From positions 815,130 through 879,129 of the forward strand of contig CAWJPR010000009.1 in assembly GCA_963844815.1 (NCBI GenBank): 64,000 nucleotides of DNA, written 5' to 3'. The notes under the pieces are model-generated. The model was not told the DNA's origin, searched no databases, and saw only the letters and a list, made by a program, of their open reading frames with translations. Below, piece by piece: positions 62,897-64,000 of this stretch (its first letter is position 1; every line of letters starts with the position of its first letter). A program made the translations under genes and the position numbers. This DNA is from an uncultured Chloroflexia bacterium (GTDB lineage Bacteria; Chloroflexota; Anaerolineae; Fen-1058).

Positions 62897-63109
62897 GCAA
62901 GTATAGGCGCAAGTGGGCGAAGAAGCAAATGGTGAAAACCGTCAACTGTGCAACAAGGGGTGAGTTGCCTGACGACCTCACGCCCGCCCGGCGAGCAGGC
63001 CGGCGTCCACGGACAGCAAAACGATGGAGACGGGCAAGGGATTCACGAACGAGGTGTGGCCGCAGGCGGTACACAGGCGCGGCCAGGCCGGATCGGCCTC
63101 AAACGGATG

Positions 63110-63398
63110 GGCATTCAGTTCCGGTATTGGACGCTCAGCACCTATCGTGAGAAGAATGCCTTACTTGATCATTGGCGAGAACAGTGGGGGCTACCGCCGA
63201 TGGAATGGGAGCCTGTTGACTCGCCGAGGACGGCACACATCGCCACCTACCATCTGCGAAGAGAATGAGATCTATCGCAGCGTTGCCACGCTGATCAGAA
63301 GTGAGCTTCCAGAAGCGCGGGTAAGTTTGTGCAAAGAGACGCATGAAGTACGAGAAGCCCTTATTCTCTGCAACGCCGATTGCAATTGCCTGCGATAG
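63110..63398 (+). pseudogene. Frameshifted C-terminal gene remnant, possibly spore-photoproduct-lyase-like radical SAM
   Basis: Across frames: EDGTHRHLPSAKR / EIYRSVATLIRSELPEARVSLCKETHEVREAL..CNADCNCLR*; no 5' part. Confidence 0.35.
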
Positions 63399-63419
63399 AA
63401 GCTTCGACAATTGACTGCC

Positions 63420-64000
63420 CTAGTCGATGTTCTTCTTAGAAAGAATTAGCTTCCTCAGGTATGAGTAATTTGTCTGATAGCGCAGATCGCCATTCGCCAG
63501 ATCTAGCGCCTTATCGATCATTCTTAAGGCGTCAACTCGATCCCACTTATTAAAGTAACATTGAGCAAGTCGATAGTATACTTCGTGAGTCTTGTCTTGA
63601 ATCTGATTCAGAATACCCAGAGCTCGATCTGCTAGTTCCTTGTAGCTCTGCTGGCGCAACATCTCCTCTATTGGATCCGGATTGATATCGCGATTCATCT
63701 TTGTGGAGATCGACCACCTAACGTAGAAATCACCAATTTCAAATCGAAGAGCGTTGTCAGAAGCCACTGACTCCAGCTGCGTGACATAGGTACTTGCATG
63801 TTCAAAATTAGGCACATCAAGGCACAAATAGCACGCGACGAGTATCCGTAAGATACTCGGGTGATTGTTGCTGGGCTCGCGGATTTCCTCTAGAAGATGA
63901 ATAGCAGCCTCGATGTCGCGTTTCTCTTCTTTTAAGTATTTTGCGTAGTGGTACCTGAGTAGAACAGAATCAGGTTTCTCTTCCAATACTTTTATCACGA
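63420..64000 (-). CDS. C-terminus of a TPR-like helical-repeat protein, AT-richer; starts beyond the window
   Basis: Open frame to the edge; YHYAKYL..AIHLLE, YYRLAQCYF..AL.MIDKAL; codon usage differs from the rest of the window. Confidence 0.75.
   Translation of the reverse strand, partial: VIKVLEEKPDSVLLRYHYAKYLKEEKRDIEAAIHLLEEIREPSNNHPSILRILVACYLCLDVPNFEHASTYVTQLESVASDNALRFEIGDFYVRWSISTKMNRDINPDPIEEMLRQQSYKELADRALGILNQIQDKTHEVYYRLAQCYFNKWDRVDALRMIDKALDLANGDLRYQTNYSYLRKLILSKKNID

Larger units (their letters stand above)
62202..63108. repeat. 396-bp tandem duplication: two near-identical copies plus a diverged partial third
   Basis: agcaggcc recurs at 62202, 62598 and 62994; unit = NUDIX 5' part + upstream region + MITE. 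Confidence 0.92.

Noticed and set aside
62202-63108. Diversity-generating retroelement template/variable repeat pair
   Set aside because: Differences are not confined to adenines on either strand, many are synonymous, and no reverse transcriptase is in the window.

Overview
GC-rich bacterial chromosome segment; gene content and codon style suggest Chloroflexota (Anaerolineae-like), which is inference. Main blocks: a four-subunit VorB-type 2-oxoacid:ferredoxin oxidoreductase with a PLP aminotransferase and mobB (3.5-8.2 kb); transport and hydrolase genes; a minus-strand SRPBCC/DUF2652 cluster (13.4-17.2 kb); a ~1200-aa fusion of two peptide-ABC permeases with a degenerate PA/M28 peptidase domain, followed by a lipoprotein (21.8-26.8 kb); xylose isomerase; an accessory islet with an MNT-HEPN toxin-antitoxin pair, a NACHT-gene remnant and a BNR-repeat protein (28.9-32.8 kb); a complete nuoA-N operon with two extra genes between nuoE and nuoF (32.9-48.6 kb); sbcCD; a cyclase-STAND-TPR protein; an orphan parA with a small partner; a 396-bp tandem duplication carrying a MITE; and an AT-richer TPR gene at the right edge. 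Intergenic DNA is crowded with heptamer arrays, palindromic elements and MITEs, two of which appear inserted in frame in nuoG and sbcC. About 14 short frameshifts, including in nuoL and nuoM, most likely reflect long-read consensus errors. No rRNA, tRNA, CRISPR array, transposase or integrase was recognised. All family assignments come from motif recognition by eye, not database searches.
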